Assembly: GCA_965113315.1 (NCBI GenBank)
Contig: OZ220363.1
Reading direction: 5' to 3' (one strand)
DNA length: 64,000 nt
Origin: Podarcis vaucheri
Lineage: Eukaryota
The first letter of the stretch is position 1; each line of letters begins with the position of its first letter. Positions 22,512-36,108 of the stretch are shown piece by piece. Below the pieces are notes generated by a model. That model searched no databases and was not told the DNA's origin. It saw nothing but the letters and a program-made list of their open reading frames with translations. The translations under genes were made by a program, and so were the position numbers.

Positions 22512-23788
22512 AGTGAAGAATTGAATTGAAATCTAGTGTCTTTATACTGTTCAAAATCAGTTTAATACTAACTAAGCAGCAGTTAGACTTCGTAGTCTGT
22601 CACATCTCTCCTCTGACAGAAGACATGCCTTTTTCTGGAAAATAAACTGTATAGTTTGACACATTATTCTATTGTATCAACCTATTTCACTGTATTGCTC
22701 TTAAACTGAATTTTAAATCAACATTTAAAATTATGCTAGCCTTAAAAATATGCTACATTGCATTTCTAATATATAAAAATGGATAGCCCTACTGTTAAGT
22801 GGCTAACCTTGATTAGAAAATTAGGCCAATTTTAAGAATTGATGTAGTATTTAGAATATAGTGGGGAAATATTATGCCTTATAACAAAGGGCAAGCTTGG
22901 TTAAATAGGTAGTGAATCCAACCTGAGTGTTTCCAAAATGAATGTGCCCTGCATGTCCACGCCAATATTACATTCAAAAAAGATTACATCACAGTTGATT
23001 TAATTTAAACAGAACATAAACAAAACTGCATATTCAAGATAGTTTAATATGTATTTTCTGAATTAGAAATATCACTTTCCTAAATGAAAATTACTAGTGT
23101 AATGACTCATTTCTCCCCCGATCACTGAATTACATTATTTACACATATAATACAGATTGATTGTAGCTCAAAACATTATTAAAATAAAATGTTTCATAGA
23201 TACAAAGGATCTCTTTCCCCATAACATAGCTTTAGAGGGTGTCCAAACACCCATTTAAAAGTAATTTTCTACTAGCATTAAGCTATTTAAGTGCAAACAA
23301 TCTTTTTTGGGGGGAGGGGGGAACCTCTATGATTGCAGCATCCATCTTCCTGAATTACATTTATGAAGCCAGAAAGTAATGACTTTCATTTCCCATGAGA
23401 GCATTCTAGACTAACCATTGCTGGATAAAAAAATCAGTGCAAAAAAACCCAACAATGAAGTTCTAATTTATATAACCATTAAACTTATTCAGATTTAACA
23501 AACATTTTGTTTTACAGAGAAATTGGAAAAGTTATACTATTTTTAACTGCAACACCAAAAGAAGTATTTTTTAGCAAAATCCTTCTTTCGGCCATCAGCC
23601 TAAATATTAGCTGTAAAAAGAATTCGTTACATTATTATTTTTGTAAAACACTATGTGATTCACATAACTCCAAGTTTACACTCTGCCTTTAAGAATTTGT
23701 GGTGCTCCCTGGCTGAACAGCAGCTCCTGGTTCCATTGCCATTACTTCTTGTTCTGTGTTCAAAGATTTGCTAGCAGAAATGTGATGG

Positions 23789-23842
23789 CTATACTACAGT
23801 TCCACTTGGAGAATTGGCCTGGTTTTGGGATGGCAATAAACC
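23789..23842 (-). CDS. WDR20: WDR20 distal alternative last coding exon (GLLPSQNQANSPSGTVV*)
   Basis: gtttgcag|GGT TTA TTG CCA...GTA GTA TAG, in phase 0 with the 36127 donor; closely matches the alternative WDR20 C-terminus I recall from mammals. Confidence 0.9.
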   Translation of the reverse strand, partial: GLLPSQNQANSPSGTVV

Positions 23843-24564
23843 CTGCAAACAAAGCAATTTGCATTAATCCAGCATGAGAACCCAGCATTTAGTTTTCTAA
23901 ACAGTTCTATATATATCTGTAGACTTTCAGTGCACAGTGGCATTTGCATATTATGACTTCAAAGTGATAGATCACATTGTTCGAACGTCTTAACATGAAC
24001 GACTTCGCTCTTTATGTAGCAGTTTAGTTCAAAGTAACTTATAAGATGTAGATCATAATTAGAATTCCAGGGGTGTAGCAGCTGTAATATGTTCCAGCAA
24101 GCAAGGAATATGGTTGCTGCTTTAAAATGAACATGAAGTATCCTGATAAAACTTGACAGAGTGGGTTTTAGTCCACAGACGCTTATACCATAGTATGTAT
24201 TCATTTTAATAGGCCCCAGGAATCTTGATTATGACCGTAGTATGATTAGATTTTAGCTCATGTCTTACAAAACTTAAGCTATCCTATTAAAAACATAAAG
24301 TCAGTGAGCTGCAGGGCACATTTGTGCCACAAGTCTTTTACCAGGAGGTTACGATCAACATGTATCTCTCCCTGCTGTATGCACCTTGCAACCATAAGAC
24401 ACAAGTATTCATGAGGGGCTCTTCAGCCAGATGTTTCAGAGTGCAAGCTGGAGCCCCTCTCAGCCACTGTATCTATGCCAAGGAAAGATGCTGCAGCCTA
24501 TTGTTCCTTGGATGCAGAACTGCTGGTTGGGGGGGGGGATTACCCTGCTTTTTCAAATGACATA

Positions 24565-24890
24565 CAGTGGTGCCCCGCAAGACGAATGCCTCGCAAGACG
24601 GAAAACTCGCTAGATGAAAGAGTTTTCCGTTTTGGAGGTGCTTGGCAAAACGAATTTCCTATGGGCATGCTTCGCAAGACGACAATGTCTTGCGAGTTCC
24701 TGCTGTTTTTTTTCCTTTCCCCCCTTTTTCTAAGCCGCTAAGCCGCTTATCAGCTGATCCGATCAGCAGATAAGCCGCTAAAAGCCGCTAACAGCGCTAA
24801 TCCGTCAATGGGCTTGCTTCGCAAGACGAAAAAACCGCTAGACGAAGAGAATCACAGAACGGATTCTTTTCGTCTTGCGAGGCACCACTG
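24565..24890. mobile_element. Family A MITE copy 4
   Basis: TA TSD, same TIRs; central palindrome ttatcagctgatccgatcagcagataa shared with copy 5. Confidence 0.9.
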
Positions 24891-27800
24891 TAATGGACCC
24901 TTCCCAGCCTGTGGATCTGCCCAGCCAACAGAACCAATGTTGCCTTTAATAGGAAATCATTTCACCTCTAATGAAACCCACAAACGGAACACTAACAAGC
25001 AACTGCAGCTAGTGGTTGCGCTTGCAGTGAACTCTCACGTTTCCAATCAGCATTTTTAAAAAACTGAGTTTTAAACAATGGGAAATGTTCATTTCACATT
25101 TAATTTGCAGCTCGCTAAGCAACCGTTTCTCCAATCAGAAACTGATCAGCAAGGCTAGCAAAGCTGGCTTTAGAGATACGGTTCTGAACATTTCTGTATT
25201 ACACCCCTCCCCTAACAGATACACTGGCATCTACACCTAACTTGGGTGCTTGTCTTTTTAGTTTTGTTTCTTAAATACCATTGTTCCACTTTAAGTATGC
25301 ATGGGGGAAATCCCTCATTTTGAATACTTGGTTTTGCAGGTATTTTTCTTACCTGAATATTGTGAAATTCAGGTTGGATCAACCAGATGGGCGGGGTACA
25401 AATCATTATTATTATTATTATTAATTGTAATGTAGAATTAAGTCTTCGGAATCTACAGGAGCTCTTTTGGGGTCCGAACCAAATACTGAGAAAGCGCTAT
25501 GAAAGAGAAGTAAACTCCCTGCTCTTGAAACCAGGTTGGACAAAAGTGCCCTGCTTTGGAGAACACAAGCTGCCCAGACCAGAACCTGGCCTGATATTTT
25601 CATCTCTTAAAAATGTCTAAACCAAGTTTATTCAAGATGCCATTTCAGGTAGCACACAGAAAGAAAGACATAGCTCCTCCGGGTGCACTAGGGTATAATT
25701 CAAAGTGTCTTCATTTTAAGCCCAGGAGCCTAATCACTGTTTCGGTAGGGACACACTTTTCATATTATAGTGTTATGCACAACATAGTCTAGCATACCCC
25801 ACACCAAAGTTATGTCCCAGAGAGAAATGTGTAAAACTGCTGATTTCAAAACGGGAAAGGAACCTTTAAGAAAACACCACTCTGAATAAGGAATATAGCA
25901 TTAGCTAGAAACAAGAGACAGGAGAAAGTAGCAAACAAATGTGAAGTCAGATCTAAACAATCTGCACAAACTTGCCATGTCATAGGAGTGACGGCCCCAA
26001 AGTTGGATTCAATAGGCAAAATAAATGCTAATGGACAACCCTTAATCAACGTAGCTAAACAACACGGTCTGTTCTGTGGCTGATATCTGTATGGTCACTA
26101 TACTCTTTACGTTTCTCATACATGTCAATATTAATAAACAAATTGATTTACTTGGTTAGGCCACAGGTCCAAATGATGAATATCATCCAACATCAGTGAT
26201 TTCCTGTTAACCCAGGTGTTCATAATCAGAGTTTGACAACAAAATTTGACTTAGTAGACAGATGTAGGCAGTGGTGCTCTCAGCCGAATTGGTGAGGGTT
26301 ACTTTTCACTACCAAAGTCCCCATGGTTCATGCCTCCGGTTTGCATTTCTGCACATTTCCATAGCTCTTCACAGCCACCGTTTCTTCTCATCTGTCACTG
26401 CTGGGGGGGGGAGCAGGGGGGGAGAGAAGGGGGAACATGTCCCCATTTCCAAGGCGGCTGGACCCATGATCTTCTATGCTGTGATTGCACATGCATCCCA
26501 TTGAAAAAATGTAGTGCAGAGCAAATACATTTATATTTGGATATGGAAGTGTACTCAAACATATATCCCTAATGCAAAAGTGTGTTTGGATGGGGAAATG
26601 GCTCTCCCCCGCCCCCCCCCCCCGCATGCATAGACTTGAAAAATTGTCAGAGGTGTGTAACTTTCCCAACAATTTCTTTAAGCACTAGTATACAGCCTCT
26701 GAACGAGCAAGTTCTAATTGGCTGGCTGCGAGCACCTAGCCTGACTCGAGCTCTGGACCAAAAGAAGCTGAATTCTGCGACCTGTATGATTATGAAGCAA
26801 TTACATCTATTTGCTGGATTTGCATAATATGTTCTGCTTCTGCCAGGCATGGGAAACTGCAAGGGGTTTCAGGGCACTGAAACTTGACTCCTCAAGATCT
26901 TATTCATCCAGCATTCTAGCTTCTTAGAACTTCTATGGCATGTACCCATTCAAAACTATCTATGAAACTATAAATGCCGGAAGTGTGTCCTTTTAAAATA
27001 AAGCAACGAAAACAGAGGCCATCATATTCTAAACTCTGCATAAGATGGGTTAAGTATGGGGGAAATTACAAAATATGACTGACTGTTGTCCATTGGTCCA
27101 AGTATTCTGATTAACAGCAGCTCTTTCCCAGTTCCGCTTGTTAAAATCCAGTTTAAATCCTTTAACAGCAGGTGCTTGCCAGTGAATCTAGAATCTTCTG
27201 TATACAAACACCATGGACTCTCTCCAGGGCTGGCCTGATCATTAGAGGAAGTGAAGCATCCACCTGAAGTACCTGATTTTGAGTATCATTAAAGAGCAGG
27301 AAATTGCGGCTTATTCTTTTTACTGCCAGAAAGAAGTGCTTGAAGGATTTTCTTCCTCAGGTGCCAAAATAACTTGGCTGGTCTTGGGTACTATGTACCT
27401 TGAAAGGAGGCATTTGATGCTCTATCAGGCAACAACATATCTAGAGCAGGCCCAGTTTGCAACTGAGCTATGGACTTTTGCTTGCGGAGTACACACAGGC
27501 AGACTAGATACCAGCCATTGCTAAGCCCAACTTTAATGATTCATTTTTCCTCCTATAGCCAGCTGCCAGTAATAGATCCATTAGCCATAAGTAACTTAGA
27601 ATGAAACATCTATGTTCAAAGGCAAATTGGGCAGTCTTTGAGCAGTGCTAGTTCAGCAAGGGTTGGAAATTTTTAATGATATTCTAATTGTCTTCTCTTA
27701 CTCTTTCCAAGTTCTAAGCTGTTCAAGCTAACAAATGGTGACTCCCGTCAGCACAAAGCTGTTTAACAATATAAAAATGTCCTTCAAAATTATCTAAAAC

Positions 27801-29868
27801 ACTTGGGCCTGGGTCCAGAAAACTACGTGACTAATTTGACACCCAGAGGGCTTTTGTATTGATCAGTCAGTCCCCATCACCACAGGCCTGTTCAAGGAGC
27901 ATTTAAGTATAAAGAACTACTTATACTCAATACTTTTCAAGCCTTTTAGCCAACTAGCTCAAATACTGTGTGCGGCCTCCATTCACTTCTCCCCGAGTAC
28001 AGCAGTTTAAGCTGTGGAACCCTAGGGTGTTAAAATATTATTGTAGCTCCATTTTGCTTCCTTTAATAATTTTAAATAATAATAATAGTAATAGCAACAA
28101 CCACCACCACCACCACCCAACAAATGTTATGGGCTACAACTCCCACATCCCTGGCCATGCTGGCTGGGGCTGAAAGAAGCTGGATCCCAGCAATAGCTGC
28201 AAGATCCCCAATTATCTAATTCTGTTAAAGCTAGAAGTAGGACATTTCAGCTCTGAAGTAGTAAAGAGTTTGAAAAAGATCACTACTTGAAGCCTGTGTG
28301 TTCTATTATTCCCTTGTGGGTATTTTTGGTATTGTTTCATCTGTTTCTGGATAGTGCAGAACTCTGGAGAAGGGTTTGCTTTAAACCCAAATAAGAACAG
28401 ACTTTCATTTATTATAGTGTAGATCATTCCTATTTAATATGCATTTCTCCCCTAAATTTCCCAACCAGAAAAGAATCAAAATATATTTAGTGCCTTGGGG
28501 TGCAGCTGACATCTGAGCTGGTATGCCCCAAGTATACAAAAATAATCAGGGATCAAATATATCTTGGCTTTGTGGGGCTTAGGAAACAAAAACCATCATT
28601 GATCAGCTTCAACAAAATCTATTACATGCATATCTCAGTTACACATAGGAAAGAAAAGAAGCTTAGCTGAGACATTGTAGAATAACTGAAGACAGGTTTT
28701 TTGCAGGTCTCACACTTACTATATGCTGCAAATCAATAAATTTTCACTGGCCCAACTTTCCATGGTTATTACGTAGGCATCCCTTTCAAGTAATCATTTA
28801 CTCGATAGAATGAAAAGGTAGCTATTTCTCTATCAAATATAACAAGTAGGGCATAATACATCTTGAATCTCTTAAGGTACCATCCTTAAGTCTAAGGAGG
28901 GAATCCAGCTGCTCTCTCTATTTTTTCCTTTTTGTTTGCACATACATCGGGGTGTTTGAAAGGGTTCATCTACCATCCACAGAAGGGAGACAGGATCATT
29001 CCCTAGTTTGCTTTTAAAGAAAACTGACTGTTTCAGAAAGGTTGTACAAGGAAACTATCAAAAAGAAATTCAACTATGATCAATTTAAAATATTTCTTTT
29101 CGAATGCTTGGCACATCAAGACAGGAAAAGGTTCTTAGAACAATTCAAGTATTTTTCTTGGGCAAGCAGACGAAGTTGAAACAACATTGCTTCTATGCAA
29201 ATACTCAGGGAGGAAACCGGTACCTTGCATAACACACTGCAACAAATATTGAGACAGTGAGAGCCAAAGCTACCTGACAGACAAAAAAGGCTGCTCTCTT
29301 TAGGCACAATAAAAATAAGCTATTCCATTCAAGACTGGTTAACAATGGGGAGCCCTATGAAACACATTTAGGGGGTGCAGGGGGAGGCAGAATCGCCAAA
29401 ATTTGCCTCCCTCCCATTCATCTGATGTATTACTTCTGTCGGAAGACTTCACTGGACACCACCCAATCTCTTTACAGAAATTAGGACTGCATAATCTTAT
29501 TGATGTAATGCAAGTTCTTCTTACAGACCTCTTCTCAAATATATCCACTTTCCCTTTTGCTTCTATCAATGAGACACGAAAAAGCATTTGGCAGTAGTTG
29601 GGGCACCGTGCTCTAGTGCATTGCATGTCACTTCTACAAGGTCTATTGCCAGGGGTCCCTAACATAGTGCCTCCAGATGTTGCTGTGCTACTTATTCCAT
29701 CATTGCCAACCATCAGCCAGGCTGGCTTGGGCTGATGGAGGTAGGAGCCAAATGAAATCTGGGGGGCACCATACTGGTACCCTGAATATAGCAAACTTCA
29801 AGGAGCAATACCCTTCATATGTTCAAGGTATATACTCTCTGCAAGTAGGATCTCACACCAAGATATGG

Positions 29869-30226
29869 GTAAAGGTAAAGGTACCCCTGCCCGTTCGGGC
29901 CAGTCTTGACAGACTCTAGGGTTGTGCGCTCATCTCACTCTATAGGCCGGGAGCCAGCGCTGTCCGCAGACACTTCCGGGTCACGTGGCCAGCGTGACAA
30001 GCTGCATCTGGCGAGCCAGCGCAGCACACGGAACGCCGTTTACCTTCCCGCTAGTAAGTGGTCCCTATTTATCTACTTGCACCCGGAGGTGCTTTCAAAC
30101 TGCTAGGTTGGCAGGCGCTGGGACCGAACAACGGGAGCGCACCCCGCCGCGGGGATTTGAACCGCCGACCATGCGACCGGCAAGTCCTAGGCGCTGAGGT
30201 TTTACCCACAGCGCCACCTGCGTCCC
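29869..30226 (-). mobile_element. Sauria SINE, full length, different subfamily from the 12372 copy
   Basis: (AAAGGT)n tail at left, tRNA-like head at right; TSD aagatatgg at 29860-29868 and 30229-30237. Confidence 0.9.
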
Positions 30227-33200
30227 TTAAGATATGGTTACGGTTGCTAATTTAGCAGAAACTGCTGTACCCACTGAGGAGCTTGTCTCTCTTGTCAAGT
30301 TTGGAAGCTATGTTGCCCGGTGGCCAAAATTAGGGATGATCCATTCAAAAATTAAACCGGAGCCAGTGCAGAGAATCTTCAAATGCTTTTCCTGGGGAAA
30401 GCTATATGCTGAAAGTCAGAATATGAATATGATCAAATGAATATGATCTTGCTGTGACACAGACTCTGTACCCGAAGGTAGTGGTCATATAACTCTTCAG
30501 CAAGGACAGCTCCACCCCCTCCCCTTTTCATTCTGTGTTTTCATAAAGCTTGGGGAGGGGGGTCACTGCTAGGTTTAAAGCCACTTTGGTGCACAGAGGC
30601 AAATGGACAGGAATCAAAGGAATTGGGTAACTAGAAAGTAACGTAACTGAACAGTAGTAGGAAGTATGGCTTTGGAAACCAAGTTGGGAGATGGATTTTT
30701 AAATCCATATTCAACATGCCAGTCTGGGAAAGATACCTTCTTGTGACACTACCATGCCTGCTTCAGATATAATTAAGAATTCTTGCTTTTGGAGAGAACA
30801 CAGAACCAAGTGGTCTAACCAAATCTGAATTAAAGTTTGCCAGCAACATCCTGCAGTATCAGCAGCCTACATGACCCAAACGGATACACAAACACTTGAG
30901 AGTTCCATGAATCTGTGTTTACAGTTAGCCTTGGGTTGTCCTTTTATGCACTTCATTCTGGTGAGCAGCCCCTAAAGCGCTTAAACATTAACGTGCATTG
31001 TTGATAAACAAAAGAGCTCCTGTAGAATCCAAAAGGCATTAATTCTCCATTCCATTGGTTGTTTAATGGATTTACATCATCATCTTACCGTCTCCCACAA
31101 TTCCCTGTTATTTAAACTAGAAACACCAATTTTAACCACACCCACTGCATATTTTCTCATTTAAGTCATTTAACAATCCAGTATGATTCAAATGGACATG
31201 AATTATGACAGATCAATATAAGTAAGTAAGTCAAAGCTAACATCTGAAAACTGTATGAAATAAGAGGTTGTACATTGGTCATTTATAAAAATGGCAGTTA
31301 CAGAGGCAGCAGTTTCACGGTGGCCATTTTTTGTTCAGGAATATGCTTCTTCCTGCATAGAAGTCTTAATTGCGGCCGATCAATATTAGAACTTCAGGCA
31401 TGAGAAGCACTACTGACAGTTATCTACATTTTACAGTTCAGTCACACTTTTTATTTAATGTCAGTATACAGAGGACAACCCCAGTAAATTATTCTGTAAT
31501 GTCAAGTATTTAGTAGGGTTCTTCAGCTGAAACAGTGACATAAAACGCTAAAAAATAAGCAGTATGAAACAAACATGATTTTTTAAAATTATAAATATAA
31601 CAATACTTATTAAAGCTTCATTATTATTGCAACAGTCAATTTAGTTTAACAATTTGTTATGTTAGAAAGGCTCTTATGAAATTTATTCAAGTTGTCAAGA
31701 AATTAGATGGACGTTTATAAAGAAAATACATATGAATTTTACTGTTGATTTTTTTCCACTATATCATTACAATTTTGTACAGTATCACCTAACGTGTCAA
31801 TCTTAACAAATTCATGTATACAGATTTCATAAATGCAGGAAAAAAGTCTCGCTTTTAAACTTTACACAAGTTATGTGACAGTAAATTAGCTGGTTTTCTT
31901 TCTTTAAGAACACAAGCAGGCCAGCAGTTATTCTAAATGCAAATTTAGTAGCTTTAACGTGGTAGGTGGAGACATATACAGTCTTTTCAAGTACATAACT
32001 GAGTTCCAAAAGATCAAGCATTTCTGAAAAGTCTTTAGTAAGAATCTTTCCCTCCTAATCTGGACACCCACATAATAAGGCAATTACTCTTTCCTGGCTT
32101 CACAGAAGTAACTGGCCCACTCTCAACTGGGCAGCTTCTTAACCTGGTGTACTAAGCCAACACCAATCCCGAGAACTTTGCATGGCAATATTTCAAGGAA
32201 TTCCAACTCCCATTTGCAGTGTTTATGGTTCCGTATATTTCATTTTATATCATGGCAACCTCAAAATCAAGAACTGATTTAGCAATTCCTAACCATCCCT
32301 GAATTTAAAATTAAATCAAACGAAATAAGATAGTACTTCCCAACAGCACTTTATACTTCAGTTCTAACAAATGAAATGCCCTTTGCCAATGAAGATTTAG
32401 TAGTAAACGTGACGTCTTCCCATGCCCAAATAGTAAAACAAAATGTCTGTTAAAACAGCAATGATAGAACTCATTTAAACATGATGCTGTACTATATAGT
32501 TCCTGTTTATTGGAAAACTAAAGGACGCTCTATAATTTAACTCTAGATTTTTCCCTGTACAATATAGTTCAAATAAATATTCTAAATTTCATGTGCATTT
32601 TGTTGTACAAAGTGGTAACACATTTTCTCAGCCAGGGTATATGCTGCCATTTCACTCAACTACTGTATTCATTTGCAGTTGTCCACTCTTTCTTACCAGG
32701 AGTTTTCCGGTTAAGTAGTGGCAAGTTCCCCTGAAATTACAAGGGGTTGTAGATCAGGGATAAAGATGCGGTGGCCCTAGAGGTTCTGCTAGACTGCCGC
32801 TCCCATCATCCCCAGCCTTTGGCTCTGCTGCATGGGGCTTGATGAGAGCTGCAAGTCCAGTAACACCTGGAGGGCTGCAGATTAGCCTGCTACTGAAAGC
32901 AACACCTCCATGTGTGACAGTAGCACTGCAAAAGAAATGCAAAAGCTTTCCTGCCATCTCTGCCATACGATGTAATCAGGAAGGAAATGGCCGAGAGATA
33001 GATAAGCAGTTTGGTCTTTCCCAGTAGTACAGCATATATATATATATTTTTTTACAAAGTCATTACTGAGAAGTTTTGTTTCCTGTGAAGTAGGTAGTTT
33101 CTCCCACAAATTAGTGCACTTCTAAAATGTTGCCGCGGTATGCAACATGGGCTTGCCCCACGTTTTCTGCTGAACATGGTACTTTAGATCTGAACTCGTG

Positions 33201-35545
33201 TTTAAGTAGCATTTCGAAAGAGAAAGGAGTTAAGGAAGCTCAAGACATGATGCGAATGATACACAGAGGTCATAATGTTTGTAGCGTAGATCTTCTTGCT
33301 CCAACCCAGCAGTGAGTCTGTCTGTGCCCTATGGCGGGGGTGGGGGGAGATATTGTCCAGTGACATATGCAGGGCACTACATTGGCTTCCTCTGGCCTAT
33401 GGGTCTCTGAGACTCAAGTCTAGCCAAGTATCAGCCAGACAAAATATGTTTATTCTAGGGAGGGACTGTCCGTACCAGGGATGGGTTAGCCTGCGGCCTT
33501 CCAGGTGTGGTCAGACTACAGCTCCCATCGTCCTCAACCATCAGCCATGATGGCTGGGGCTGAAGGGAGCCCAATACAATACCGCAGGTTGTCCACTCCT
33601 GCCTATTTGAACCCTGTTCTTCTCAAGAAAATAACATTTGCTTTCCTGACTGCATCAGCCTGGCAGACAGACAGGTGAGGAAGGAAAAAGACAGGGTTGG
33701 CTCAGTAGCAGTGAGGTTTCAGACTGCGCAACTGGTTGAGTCTTCTGGCCCATTTGCTCCTCAAACTGGAAGTTTGTGGCCCTTCTTTCCAACTGAGATC
33801 CTCTGCCAAAAGGTGGGTGGGAAAGAAATTCAGCAGAGGTAAAGGGCAATGGAAGTAGTTTTCGAGGAGTCTGGGAGAGAAATGTCAACGCGGGAAGGTA
33901 GCAGCTTTAAACTCTTTAAAAGCTACGGAACTAAACTATAGGCAAGACTAACATATGCAGTGTATAACCCAAGGGAAAGAAATATGTTACCATGAGTGTT
34001 TCTGAAGACTCATTAAATAAGTATAAAGTTTAGTAAGTGCTCTCCTATAGAACGAAAATGGTGCTTATTAACACCTTTCTGGAACAAAGACTTTCTTGGC
34101 CAGAGCCATGTAAACATATCACCTAACTTGCTAATTTAGGCCAGCTGAGTGAGCTCACCGACTGCAAAAATAAAGCATAATAATAATTTGAAACCCATTC
34201 TAAATAAACACATCCTAAACAATATGGCATTTACATCAGTGTGTGATATTAGTTTTCAAAGACCTAGTGAACAACATCAGCATGAAACTTACCTTTAATT
34301 AAAGATTTCCGCATTGGCCAAATAGAGAAATCCTAGCTTTTGGTACTGCATACTTATCTCTGAAATATTTGAAATGTGCTCCAAATCAAATTGTCATTTG
34401 CGTGCAAGTTACGACCTGTACCGATTAAACACAACTTCTTTGCAGAATTTTTACTTAATAGAAATGCAAGTAGCCAAAGGGTGAATGTTAAGTTACTTTA
34501 GAATATAGTAAGCAGAGGGGCTTGGATAGCTACCGACGATAGCTCAGCGATGCACATCTGCAAAATTACCTTCCAAACTGTTTGGCCCCTGGCACAGAAA
34601 TACACACATTTCCATGATTTTAGCACTTGGGAACATAAACAGTTTTGTCCTTTATCCTTACCATTTGCTTTCCCCCCCGCACGAAAAGCAATGCCATATT
34701 TTTCCAGATTGTCTATCCAAGATAAGGCATACAGGTGACATTACATACCAGAACATGTTTGATAAGATTTCACTTAATATAGCTAATTATTACATATTTT
34801 AGAGAAGCTGTGAATCCTTACAGTCAAAATGGGCATTAATGTCTACTGAAAGAGTGTTAATTTTGTAAAACAGATGCACTTCAGAAACTCTCAACCAACA
34901 CTTCCCAAGTTTTGGAAGATTTAGGAACAAAGTTTAGGAACCTTCAGGAAGATCTCCAGAAGATAACCAGCTGCCATTTAGGGTCTTTTGCTGGTTTATC
35001 CATCATAGGCAGAGATCAGGAGAACCCATGTGTGCATTCCAATGCACACACTGGGCTTCCCAAGTCTTTGCTTGCAGCTCTAACCCCTCACACAGTGCTG
35101 GGTTCTGAATTAAAGGATCCCCCCAACCCTTATTGGTTGCTTTTGGGGAGGCCCCTCTGAGAAGAGCAAGCCAAAGTCAACCAAATTGCATGCCCAAAAG
35201 CCACCTCAAAAGTCTTAGAGCTTGGCCATAGCCTGCAAATTGCCCATGAGTATTTGAAGGCAAAATAATTTTTATCAGTAGAAAGTACTAAATATTAAAT
35301 AGATAATTTCAGTTTCTTAACATGAAAGAAGACATCACTAGTGCCACATTTTAAGCCTGTGGATTTAATGAAAAATGCATGAATTAAAAATACCTTTAAC
35401 ACAAACGTTCTGTAAAGTGATTAGGGGGTAGAAATGAGTAAGGGATACAATTCACTAGGAAGCTTTTTTTAAAAAAGTGACCTTACATATTTGGAGAAGA
35501 TTGATATTAAAGATCAGAATGTTACAATGTATATTTAATACCAAG

Positions 35546-35551
35546 TTTATT
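35546..35551 (-). terminator. Probable poly(A) signal of the read-through WDR20 isoform
   Basis: AATAAA on the - strand about 560 nt after the 36109 stop. Confidence 0.5.
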
Positions 35552-36108
35552 CAAATTTTAAATGGCGACACTAAAAACTGCTCTTGAGATGATCACCGAA
35601 GGAGGAAGAGACTAACTTTTGGAAAGAAAGAAAAAGTGAGAACAGACCCTGCTTTATGGATTCCTGTCAGAATAAATGTTCCAACTTCAATTTACCCAGA
35701 ATGCATGTTATGCAAAGCTACAGCTTACGCAAGCTGCAACCAATCCGATATCCTGAATGCCCTTACAATTCTACCCTCACTAGTTGATTTATTTTTTTTA
35801 GATTTGTCTGAATCATGTTATACAAAAATAGCTTTTGAAAATATAGGAAAACTATCACGGACACTTTGGATACACAACACTTCTCCAGCTGGAAGGCAAC
35901 TGTATTTCAAAAGAACTTTACCTGGGCCAGACACTTCAAATCGTTCAGAAATATGGCATGCAGTATCCAAAAGTATGGCTCTGAGGAAATAATCTTTTCT
36001 TTTTTTCCTTTTTCTTTTTTACATTAAGCATAAAGAAATTTTATATTCAACATTCAGTTATGTTTTGAGAAAAACTACCTATTCAAGTTCTACTTCTTTG
36101 ATGCAGCA

